From a bacterium (lineage in GTDB: Bacteria; SZUA-182; DTGQ01; JAFGSM01), in NCBI GenBank assembly GCA_049472335.1, contig JBLIRO010000021.1:1766-65765 (forward strand): DNA of 64,000 nt, read 5' to 3'. Position 1 is the stretch's first letter. Each line of letters opens with the position of its first letter. Shown in pieces: positions 37,320 through 45,964 of the stretch. The position numbers were made by a program, and so were the translations under genes. The notes beneath the pieces were generated by a model. The model searched no databases. It was not told the origin of the DNA and worked only from the letters and a program-made list of their open reading frames with translations.

Positions 37320-37931
37320 ATGATATCAAATAAGAAATTGAGAAATGTTTTATTGATTCTTATTATATCCCTGGCCCTTGGGCTTATCTTTTCACCAATG
37401 GCCTTATGTCAATATTGGACGGCATTACCGCCATATAATTTCCTCTGGCCATTATGGTCACCAGCCTTGTCTCCGGTTAATCCTGTTACCGGGCTACCAA
37501 CTCCCATAGTCAGCGACCTTTATCCGAGCACCGTACTTCCCGCCCAGCCGGGTTTGGTATGGAATCCGGTTTTGAGTTATCCATATTTTCTTTACAATTC
37601 ACCTGTAGGGATGCAGTATTATGATGTCATTTACGGAATAAATACCTGGCCGCCCAGTTATGTATGGAATCCTGTAACAGGTGCACCCGTTCCAGTCGGT
37701 TTACCGGCGGGGTATGGTTTTCTGCCTGCTACAGACCCTCTCTGGATACAGCAAAATCTGCCGGTTGCAAATCTGGCCTATCTGGCAGAATACCCAAATT
37801 TGGCCCTGGCCGCTTACAATATAGTCCTTCCTCCAAATCTGACAGGTTTAAATCCATGGCTGGCTTCTCTAATATATCCGACACCAGCCTTTTCCTCACT
37901 TCTCACAGTGGCTGATATTTTAGGATACTGA
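37320..37931 (+). CDS. small secreted Pro/Trp/Tyr-rich protein, 'WPLWSP' family paralog 1
   Basis: 203 aa. RBS AAGGAGGTG. Signal peptide ending ALC-QYW. 48 of the first 73 mature residues are identical to the 45407 product in an ungapped hand alignment. Confidence 0.7.
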   Translation: MISNKKLRNVLLILIISLALGLIFSPMALCQYWTALPPYNFLWPLWSPALSPVNPVTGLPTPIVSDLYPSTVLPAQPGLVWNPVLSYPYFLYNSPVGMQYYDVIYGINTWPPSYVWNPVTGAPVPVGLPAGYGFLPATDPLWIQQNLPVANLAYLAEYPNLALAAYNIVLPPNLTGLNPWLASLIYPTPAFSSLLTVADILGY

Positions 37932-37954
37932 TTTTTGGGTATTTCAGGCTAAAA

Positions 37955-37990
37955 GGGTGCTGATGGGCTTAAATCCTTCAGCCCCCTTTT
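37955..37990 (+). terminator. rho-independent terminator candidate after 37931
   Basis: GGGTGCTGA (37955-37963) pairs with TCAGCCCCC (37978-37986) with one mismatch, followed by TTTT. Confidence 0.5.
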
Positions 37991-38245
37991 GTTATATTTA
38001 CCCTTGTAAATCCACTAATGCCAGATCCCATCAGTAATCAATCCAGATACTTCACTTCCTTATAATCGATTGGAACACCAATTAATCAAATGGATATAGT
38101 ATAAAACACTATACAATGTGTCGTATATCACACTATTTTCAAATATAAATTTTGGTATTAAAATTGTATTATATAGCAATAGAAAAATGCCCGCCTATAT
38201 TGAGAATTAGCATAATTATAAGTTTAGATATAAGGAGAACAGAAA

Positions 38246-40372
38246 ATGAAACAAAAAGTGAAATGCAATGTAATTGAAACAACTATTATTATCATGATCA
38301 CATGTATACTCTTATGTTTGTCCCGTCCAATCAAGGCCCAATATAGCCCTTTCTCTTATCTTTCACCTGCCCTGGGGAATCCGGGCCTGTTTCAAAGCCC
38401 TTCATTTTTGACCGGTTTCCCTATTACAGGTTATGCGCCCGGTTTTTCCGGGGCAAACATGGGCTCTTATTACGGATACAATCCCTACAATCCATACGGC
38501 AATTTATATGGAGCACCCGGTTCCTATTATCCATATTATCCTTCTTATACCTCCTTCCCCGCGCCCCCTCCCCTCCCTGTAGGTAATATAGAGACCGTCA
38601 GGGCCATGGAGGCAAAGGGGATATACATCTATTATATATTTGAGGAGGCATATTCCGATGGCGTAACGATACCAAGTCCCGAAATAACACTACAGATTGC
38701 CGATGTCAGCGATCCTGACGACCCGGATATAATCAAAAGCATCTCACTTGATTATCCCGTATCCGATATCTTTCTCCACGGGGACTATCTGTACTGGATT
38801 TCAGACACTGGCCTGGAAGAACTTGGTTATAATCTGAATGATGATGAATACATATTGGGGGTTTTTGACATATCTGATCCAGATTCCCCCACAGAGATGG
38901 ACACCCTGAAGCTGACATTTTCCTCTCAGGGCGCTCCCGTATTCTCCTTTAATGAGAACCGTCTTTATATCCTGTATCAAGAGCAGGAAGAGGACTGGGA
39001 TGATGAAATCCATAATCTGATTACCATCGATATCTCCGATCCGGGAGATCTTACAAAGCTATCTACCGGGGAGATAGAATTGGACGGCTCAATAATACAC
39101 GACATGACTGTCAGGGACAACCTTGCAATCCTCTCTAAGGGCTATATCATGGATATATCCGATCCAAAACATCCATACCTTGTCTCCGAAGTGGAAGATA
39201 ACGGAAGTCACCTCGGACGTCATGCGGTATACGGGAACTATCTGCTCCTCACCGCAGAGGAAGAAGGTTTGTGGATAGTCGATATCGAAGACCCATCCCA
39301 GCCCGAGTTTATAACGAAAATAGAGTTGGCATGGCCCAAGGATATTATTATCAAGGATCAGCTTGCATATATATCCGATTACTGCAAGGGGCTCAATGTG
39401 GTGGACCTTACTGATCCGGAAGATCCCGAACTGATCCACGGATACAGGCTCCCTTCACACAAGATGTACCGCAGCACATCTAACAGCACTGAAGGCTGGC
39501 TAAACGATATGGATATGGGAGAAGGGCTTGCCCTTACCTTATCCTATTCAAATATACAGATATGGGATATATCAGAGAAAGACGATGTTCAGATGGTTGA
39601 GAGGATCGGCTCCTCTCATGAACAAGAGGATCTTACAAAATCGATAATCCCTGGGAAACTGGTTTTGCTTCTTTCACATGATGCAATAGATTTGCTGTCC
39701 ATCGGCCAGGACGGAGGTATTGCCACTTTCGGTATTGATTCACTTGATGAATTAAACGAGAAATACAATATATCCAAAATCACAAAAGAAACATCATCAT
39801 GGGAAATCCCTGCAATAATGTCTGACTATGATAATTATTCAAAAAGGACCTTTTCCATAGAATTCCCAGGATCCGTAAATATGTATGATATTTGGGATGA
39901 CTATATGGACAATCCTTATTGTCTTATTGCAGAGTTTCTCTATACACCCGATCCTTATTCGAATGGAATTGTTGTAGGTTATGGGGGCGGCTATTATGGC
40001 TTACCCTTTCCGGGAGGATACGGCCTGGGAGGGATCTATGGCCCAGGGGGGTATGGCATGGGATTTGGGGCTTTCAATCCCTATGGTTATACAGGTATCC
40101 CATATCAAGGCACCAATCTTCTGCTAGGCCCCTTTGGTTTATCCGGAACAGGATATTCACCATACGGCCTGACTAATCCTTTTCAGTATGGCACAGGTAT
40201 GCCCGGCATTATTAGTTCAATCCCCTGGAATCCTATATCATCATTATTTCCGGGTGGGAACTGGCAATTTCCCAACCAGTCATATTGGCCCGGTTCCCTA
40301 TTTTCAGGCACTAATATTTATAATCCAATATACCCGGGAGGAAATTATTCCATGTACTATCCGTTTATATAA
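38246..40372 (+). CDS. secreted LVIVD-repeat beta-propeller protein flanked by N- and C-terminal Tyr/Gly/Pro-rich low-complexity regions
   Basis: 708 aa. Signal peptide ending IKA-QYSPF. LVIVD-type repeats (ILGVFDISDPDSP, LITIDISDPGD, GYIMDISDPKHP, LWIVDIEDPSQP, LNVVDLTDPEDP). The C-terminal ~135 aa are GY/PY-rich. Confidence 0.8.
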   Translation: MKQKVKCNVIETTIIIMITCILLCLSRPIKAQYSPFSYLSPALGNPGLFQSPSFLTGFPITGYAPGFSGANMGSYYGYNPYNPYGNLYGAPGSYYPYYPSYTSFPAPPPLPVGNIETVRAMEAKGIYIYYIFEEAYSDGVTIPSPEITLQIADVSDPDDPDIIKSISLDYPVSDIFLHGDYLYWISDTGLEELGYNLNDDEYILGVFDISDPDSPTEMDTLKLTFSSQGAPVFSFNENRLYILYQEQEEDWDDEIHNLITIDISDPGDLTKLSTGEIELDGSIIHDMTVRDNLAILSKGYIMDISDPKHPYLVSEVEDNGSHLGRHAVYGNYLLLTAEEEGLWIVDIEDPSQPEFITKIELAWPKDIIIKDQLAYISDYCKGLNVVDLTDPEDPELIHGYRLPSHKMYRSTSNSTEGWLNDMDMGEGLALTLSYSNIQIWDISEKDDVQMVERIGSSHEQEDLTKSIIPGKLVLLLSHDAIDLLSIGQDGGIATFGIDSLDELNEKYNISKITKETSSWEIPAIMSDYDNYSKRTFSIEFPGSVNMYDIWDDYMDNPYCLIAEFLYTPDPYSNGIVVGYGGGYYGLPFPGGYGLGGIYGPGGYGMGFGAFNPYGYTGIPYQGTNLLLGPFGLSGTGYSPYGLTNPFQYGTGMPGIISSIPWNPISSLFPGGNWQFPNQSYWPGSLFSGTNIYNPIYPGGNYSMYYPFI

Positions 40373-40433
40373 ATACTTTAATCCGGGTATAAATCCCTCC
40401 GGCTTTAATAGTCCGGAATTTTAGTCAAAATGA

Positions 40434-40458
40434 TTCAGGTGATTGAAAATATTTTAAC
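40434..40458 (+). promoter_or_regulatory. recurrent motif, looser copy (TTCAGGTGATTGAAAATATTTTAAC)
   Basis: About 150 nt upstream of the ATG at 40605. Shares TCAGGT..TTGAAA.TATT with the other copies. Confidence 0.2.
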
Positions 40459-40604
40459 AAAAACTCTATTACTATATATTGCTAAATCAACTAGGACTTA
40501 AAATAACAAAAGTCAGAAAGGGATTACATTGAAGGGAATAAAAAATGCAGCAGTAAAAATAATGTTTTCCGGCGTAAACACTCAGAATTGGAAGGAATAT
40601 TAAA

Positions 40605-42689
40605 ATGATACAATCATGGATCTTCTATCTACAAAGGAGCATGAGAATCCGCAACAGGGATTTCCATGTGAATAACAATAGATTAATAGCTTTTTTTATT
40701 ATCATCAACATAACGATATTAATCAATCCTATAAATGTTAATGCTCAATGGATGCCATTTACCGGGTTAAATTTTCCAGGAGCACTTACCCAATGGCCAT
40801 CTTACACCGGGTCTTTATTCAGCCCTGACTATTCTTTATTCAATTTCAATCCCGCATACGGGAATTCTTTTTACTCGCCATTTTATCCATTGTCCGGATC
40901 GTTTTCAGGAGGAATATATGGAGGGTTATATGGAGGATCATATGGGGGATTGTATGGGAGGAATTATAATCTCCTTTCTCCGGGTTTAATTCCCTCTTTT
41001 TTGTACACCAATCCTTATATAAGCCCTTCTTCTTCCAGTCCAACAAACTGGACGGCAAACGTGTTGCCCGGCAACAATAATTGGTGGCAGGGACCACCTT
41101 TATATTTCCCCCAGAATTCGTTATTTAATCCTATTTTACCGAGTATTATACCGGTTTCTCAGCCGAACACTTACTGTGATCCGGCTTCTGCACCAGGCAG
41201 GATGAAAGGGAACTGGAGCAGCAAGATGATGAAAGACGAAGATGGCAATGCATTATCAGGGGAACTGAGCGTTAGAAGCGGAGGTGACAGCGATACTATC
41301 AATATGCTGGATTCTTACCTTATACTGGGCGAAGGCTCCCTTAATGAATTTAAATATACCCGCACCAACGGCAAGGCACCCATATCATTTCAAGGGACCT
41401 TCTATTCAGGATATACAGCGAATTTTACCGGCACTGCCAACAATAAACTTTGCTGCCGGAATACCTACTGTGCTTTTGCCGGTGTTTTTGAGGTGGAAGG
41501 TAATTATGTGATCAAAGACAAACTTGGAGAAATCGCAGATAAAGGCACCTTTAAACTCAAAGGGCCTGTTAGCAGCTCCTCTACAAGTCATACACCGGTT
41601 GACGCCATCAAGGCACTGGGGAAGCCCGTTGAAGAAGGGAGAGAGATCCTTTCCCTGACTACCGGAGCAGACGGCCGCATCTATGGAGGAACGGATATCG
41701 GGTGTCTAAATGTAGGGCACATGTTCATCTATGATCCTGCCACAGAAGAGACCATCGATCTGGGCAACCCGGGTTATGAATGCAATGCCATGACCACAGG
41801 AAAGGATGGCTTGATCTATCTTGGCGGAGGCACAAGGTCTTCGGGTGACCATGATTGTAAGTCAATAGGTTATGCCAACTTTGCCATCTATGACCCGGAC
41901 AGGCCCTGGAATCCCGGCCAGGGATCAAATGCCAATCCCCGGGACCTGGGACAGGCCGTGAATTTCAGCGGAGAAGTTGAGGGCTATCCCATAGTGGTAC
42001 ACGATCTGGCCACTGCCCCCAATGGAAAGATATATGGCTGTACAGGTTACAGAGACGGACAATCGGGGGAATACTATGCCAACCTCTTTGTATATGATCC
42101 TCAAACGGATACCATAGAGAATCTGGGTCAGCCAATCTCGAACCAGAGCAGTATCACCAGGCTGGCAATAGCCCCGGACGGCATTATATATGGAGTAATT
42201 CTCGGCCCTCGCACTGGATACAGGCCCCCTCCGGGTAAGCTCTTTTCCTATGATCCGGCATCCGCATCCTTCACCATGATCAATACACCATCATCTATCG
42301 AGGGAGCCGGTGACCTTACCGTAGGAGCGGACGGTCTGTTATATCTGGCAGGGAATGAAAACAATACCACTATATTTACCTATGATCAGGTCTCAAAATC
42401 CTTTGATATTAAAGGCGGTCTTGGCGGAGGCGGCAGCGTCCTGAGGATGATCACTGCCGTGGATGGGATCATTTATATCGGTTGCGCGGTAAATGGTTAT
42501 TTTGTTCATTATGATCCTGAAAAGGCTTGGGATGACAAGCCATATAGTGATGCTAATGACAAACCAGGAGTAAATCCCAGGGTCTTTCATTGGACGGAAA
42601 AGGTAAATGCCTTGACTGAAGGTTTGGACGGGACTATCTATTTTGGCAATTTAAGCGGGCAGCTATTTTATTTCGAAGGAGAAGAATAA
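40605..42689 (+). CDS. secreted protein: N-terminal low-complexity region + middle domain + 7-bladed beta-propeller (DGxIYxG repeats)
   Basis: 694 aa. Signal peptide ending VNA-QWMPF. Low-complexity region to about residue 190. Seven repeats: ADGRIYGGT, KDGLIYLGG, PNGKIYGCT, PDGIIYGVI, ADGLLYLAG, VDGIIYIGC, LDGTIYFGN. Confidence 0.75.
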   Translation: MIQSWIFYLQRSMRIRNRDFHVNNNRLIAFFIIINITILINPINVNAQWMPFTGLNFPGALTQWPSYTGSLFSPDYSLFNFNPAYGNSFYSPFYPLSGSFSGGIYGGLYGGSYGGLYGRNYNLLSPGLIPSFLYTNPYISPSSSSPTNWTANVLPGNNNWWQGPPLYFPQNSLFNPILPSIIPVSQPNTYCDPASAPGRMKGNWSSKMMKDEDGNALSGELSVRSGGDSDTINMLDSYLILGEGSLNEFKYTRTNGKAPISFQGTFYSGYTANFTGTANNKLCCRNTYCAFAGVFEVEGNYVIKDKLGEIADKGTFKLKGPVSSSSTSHTPVDAIKALGKPVEEGREILSLTTGADGRIYGGTDIGCLNVGHMFIYDPATEETIDLGNPGYECNAMTTGKDGLIYLGGGTRSSGDHDCKSIGYANFAIYDPDRPWNPGQGSNANPRDLGQAVNFSGEVEGYPIVVHDLATAPNGKIYGCTGYRDGQSGEYYANLFVYDPQTDTIENLGQPISNQSSITRLAIAPDGIIYGVILGPRTGYRPPPGKLFSYDPASASFTMINTPSSIEGAGDLTVGADGLLYLAGNENNTTIFTYDQVSKSFDIKGGLGGGGSVLRMITAVDGIIYIGCAVNGYFVHYDPEKAWDDKPYSDANDKPGVNPRVFHWTEKVNALTEGLDGTIYFGNLSGQLFYFEGEE

Positions 42690-43327
42690 CCTTCTTCCTG
42701 GCCGAAGCTGCTCCAAGGTTAGGAATACGAAAATATCTGTGTTGACAATGTTGAAGCGTAACCAGGACAGTAATAATTTCGTCTTTTTTCGTGATTGTTA
42801 CAGATACGAGATAAAAAGACACGGAGGCAAGTTTTTCATATCTAATAAAAATTTCAAAGATATTTATTTAATGAAGCAGAGATTTTATAATTAATTATTT
42901 TAAAAGAAGATAAGACAAAAAGAATTGTAGAGTATTAAAAGGCAATTAGTTGCAAAAACAACTTTATAAAGGAGATTGTTTTATCGATATAATTAAAGAA
43001 TTATTATAAAAATTTAATCTGTTTATTCCATTCATTGTTAACAGGTGATGAAAAGAGAAAATAATCCTGCTTTCCATGTGCCTTGTTCCTTTTCCTATTA
43101 AATTAAATCGAGAATATTGAAAATACCATAATCATGATTTGGTATTTAAATATCTCCCTGCTACTTTTCGATTCTCTCTATCCCGAATACGTTAGTATTA
43201 AAAAAATTCATATACACCTGTTTTTATGGATTTCGATTTTTATAGAGTGCTTAAAGGTTTTGCATCTTGGTAAAATAGTAATACCCTGGTTTTTTAAAAT
43301 ACACATTACTTTTTCGATGCTCATGAG

Positions 43328-43350
43328 GTCAGGTCTTGAAATATTGATAC
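43328..43350 (+). promoter_or_regulatory. recurrent motif GTCAG-N3-TTGAAATAYTGAYA, copy 3
   Basis: GTCAGGTCTTGAAATATTGATAC, about 125 nt upstream of the ATG at 43476. Confidence 0.3.
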
Positions 43351-43475
43351 TGAGTTTAAAGAGAATTGAGAATGAATTTTGCTGTTATAATTTTGGGCTT
43401 GAACCTTTTCATGCTTAATATATATTTTAATGAGGCAAAAACATATTAAAATTAAATTATGAGGTGAGGTGAATC

Positions 43476-45260
43476 ATGCCGGGTAAAAATACTTATAAAA
43501 CGTCTTTTGCTTTTATGTTTTGTTTTTTTGCTTTTTCTCTCTTTTTTCTTATACCTACACTTCAATGCCAATGGTATTCATATCCACCACCTATGAACAA
43601 TCTAAATTTTAACGGGTTTCCAGGGAATTCTCCATGGGCTTTTAGTAACTATCCTCCGGCTTATGGCTCCTCCCCTGTCTTACGAAATTTCTCTCCCATC
43701 CCTGGTTATTCCGGATTTTCTATAAATTCCGATCCTTACGGAAATCCATGGATGCCGTATTTTCCTCCGACTTCAGGATCAAAAAATTTGGCCACAGCCA
43801 GGTTTTCCTTTGTCCATTTAGCTGTAGATGGGGACTATATCTATGCGCTATTCACAGAAGCAAGAGGCCGGAACAGGAGTGCACTTGTCATTTTTGAGGC
43901 TTCCGGCTCGGATGATTATGAATATCTCTCCCATATCACTCTTTATGAGCCTGGCTATTTAATAGATGCGAATCCAGCGCCCATGGAAATCATTATCAAA
44001 GATGATCTTGCTGTAATCGGCGGTGATGACCAGGGCATGATTTACCTGGTGGATATCTCCGAAAAGGATGACCCGGAGCTTATCAACAAGCTCATCCTGG
44101 GCAACAGGACGGCGGATGATAGTGCTGCTGACAGGGTGACCGGTCTGGCAATTGAAGATGATGTGCTTTTTGTGAGTGTCCCTTTTTTTGTGGAAAATGA
44201 CAGTAGAATCTACGCCGTGGATATTTCCAATCCGGAGGATACGGATGAGGATGATGACCTGCTTGATTCCTTCACCGTAGATGACTATGACGTCCACGGC
44301 ATGGTATCTTCTCAGGATTACCTCTATGTCGTCGGCAGAGACCGTGGTTACCCTGACGGAGAGAACGAAGGCGGGGCCACAATTCTCATTATGGATGTCT
44401 CAGACCCGGAGCATCTATCTTTGGAGGAAATCTTCGATGACCTGGATGATTCGTCGTTGGGAGAACCGGATGATTTAAGTGTAGAGATTGCAGGTGACTA
44501 TCTTTTTGTAACATGCGGTGATTTTGAAGGCTCCTCTTCAGAGTCTAAATTAAGGATAATTGACATAAGTGACCCCGAAGACCCGGATCTGATATCTTCT
44601 TCCAAAAAAATGACCGGCACGCAAATATTCGGAAACAGATACATATCCGTTAAGGATAATTATGCCTATGTATTAGCATCCGATACCAGCGACAAGGAAT
44701 CCGGAATCTATGTCTATGACATATCCGATCCGGAGGACCCTGATTTAGTTGAAACTAGAAATATTAGTGACGGCAGCGGATATGACCTCCATCTCGTCGA
44801 TGACAGGCTTTTTGTCCACATTATCAATCAAGGGATTATAAAACTGATTGACATATCGGATCCAAGGGATCTGTCAATAGAAGGGACCGTGGACCTTGCC
44901 GGGATACTGGAAGAGGCAGAGGAATTCGATGATTGGGGATACACCGGGTATGTAGTTCCTCCTTATCTTTATGGGGGTTATCCGCCATATGGATATTCTT
45001 ATACTCCACCTCCTCTTTATACACCATCCCTACCCATTGGTTATAACACACCATACGGAACATCCAGGGTCGGTTTGGGAAATGTCCCTAACTACTACGG
45101 ATATGCACAACCATTTTATGGCGGCAATCTCAACTACGCTTCAAGATTTGGCTTTAACTATGGGCAAATACCCTATGGTGGATATCCTAATTATGGCCCT
45201 GTGCCTGGGTATAGTTATGGTTTATCAGCACCTTATTTTGGCAGTTGGCGGCAATTCTGA
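43476..45260 (+). CDS. secreted LVIVD-repeat beta-propeller protein with N- and C-terminal low-complexity regions (paralog-like to 38246)
   Basis: 594 aa. Signal peptide ending LQC-QWYSY. Repeats MIYLVDISEKDDP, RIYAVDISNPED, ILIMDVSDPEH, LRIIDISDPEDP, IYVYDISDPEDP and IKLIDISDPRD. The C-terminal ~108 aa are PY/GY-rich. Confidence 0.8.
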   Translation: MPGKNTYKTSFAFMFCFFAFSLFFLIPTLQCQWYSYPPPMNNLNFNGFPGNSPWAFSNYPPAYGSSPVLRNFSPIPGYSGFSINSDPYGNPWMPYFPPTSGSKNLATARFSFVHLAVDGDYIYALFTEARGRNRSALVIFEASGSDDYEYLSHITLYEPGYLIDANPAPMEIIIKDDLAVIGGDDQGMIYLVDISEKDDPELINKLILGNRTADDSAADRVTGLAIEDDVLFVSVPFFVENDSRIYAVDISNPEDTDEDDDLLDSFTVDDYDVHGMVSSQDYLYVVGRDRGYPDGENEGGATILIMDVSDPEHLSLEEIFDDLDDSSLGEPDDLSVEIAGDYLFVTCGDFEGSSSESKLRIIDISDPEDPDLISSSKKMTGTQIFGNRYISVKDNYAYVLASDTSDKESGIYVYDISDPEDPDLVETRNISDGSGYDLHLVDDRLFVHIINQGIIKLIDISDPRDLSIEGTVDLAGILEEAEEFDDWGYTGYVVPPYLYGGYPPYGYSYTPPPLYTPSLPIGYNTPYGTSRVGLGNVPNYYGYAQPFYGGNLNYASRFGFNYGQIPYGGYPNYGPVPGYSYGLSAPYFGSWRQF

Positions 45261-45406
45261 ATACAACCGATCAGACAATTTTTATGACAAGCTTTAATGG
45301 AAAAAAACTTTATAAATAGGATTAAAGAATAAAAAAATATTGTAACATCTTAGTTGATTAAAAAGTAAATGTTTTTAATTTATCATTAAAAATAAAGGAG
45401 GGAATC

Positions 45407-45922
45407 ATGTCAAAAAAAAGAATAATCTTTATCTGTCTCATTATCTCCATTATCTCATTGATTTTGGCTCCCTCAGCTCAATCCCAAAATTGGGCAGCCA
45501 TACCTCCTTATAATATCTTGTGGCCATTGTGGTCACCCATCTTATCACCTGTTAATACAACTACACAGCTCCCAACACCGATTGTTTCAAACTTGAATCG
45601 TTTTACCCTGCTTCCATACCAACCAGCTATCGCTTGGGATCCATATATGCCTTATCCCTGGTTTCTTTACAATAGTCCCTTTGGCTTAGTATATTATGAT
45701 GTATTACAGGATTTTATTTCTATGTGGCCTCCACTTCATCTAATCAATCCGTTTACGTTTGACCCCCTCCCCATTACACTTCCATCTAATTATTCTGCTT
45801 TTCCGCCGGTCTCTAGTGTTTTTCTTTCAGAATATGTCCCAATTGCAAACGAAGCATATACTGATCAATACTTCCCTAATGCATTCTTGTTAACTGCTAT
45901 TCAACTCGTTGCCCCATTTTAG
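45407..45922 (+). CDS. small secreted Pro/Trp/Tyr-rich protein, 'WPLWSP' family paralog 2
   Basis: 171 aa. RBS AAGGAGGG. Signal peptide ending AQS-QNW. The conserved core is IPPYNILWPLWSPILSPVN..LPTPIVS...FLYNSPFG.VYYDV. Confidence 0.7.
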   Translation: MSKKRIIFICLIISIISLILAPSAQSQNWAAIPPYNILWPLWSPILSPVNTTTQLPTPIVSNLNRFTLLPYQPAIAWDPYMPYPWFLYNSPFGLVYYDVLQDFISMWPPLHLINPFTFDPLPITLPSNYSAFPPVSSVFLSEYVPIANEAYTDQYFPNAFLLTAIQLVAPF

Positions 45923-45964
45923 ATGATTAGTAATGATGTTCATTGTTTTGTAAGGTCTCGGATT

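Noticed and set aside
43134-43418. 94-aa ORF in the 785-bp spacer before 43476
   Set aside because: It is an AT-rich, hydrophobic, low-information translation with no RBS, and it overlaps the recurrent upstream motif at 43328. It is likely non-coding regulatory DNA.
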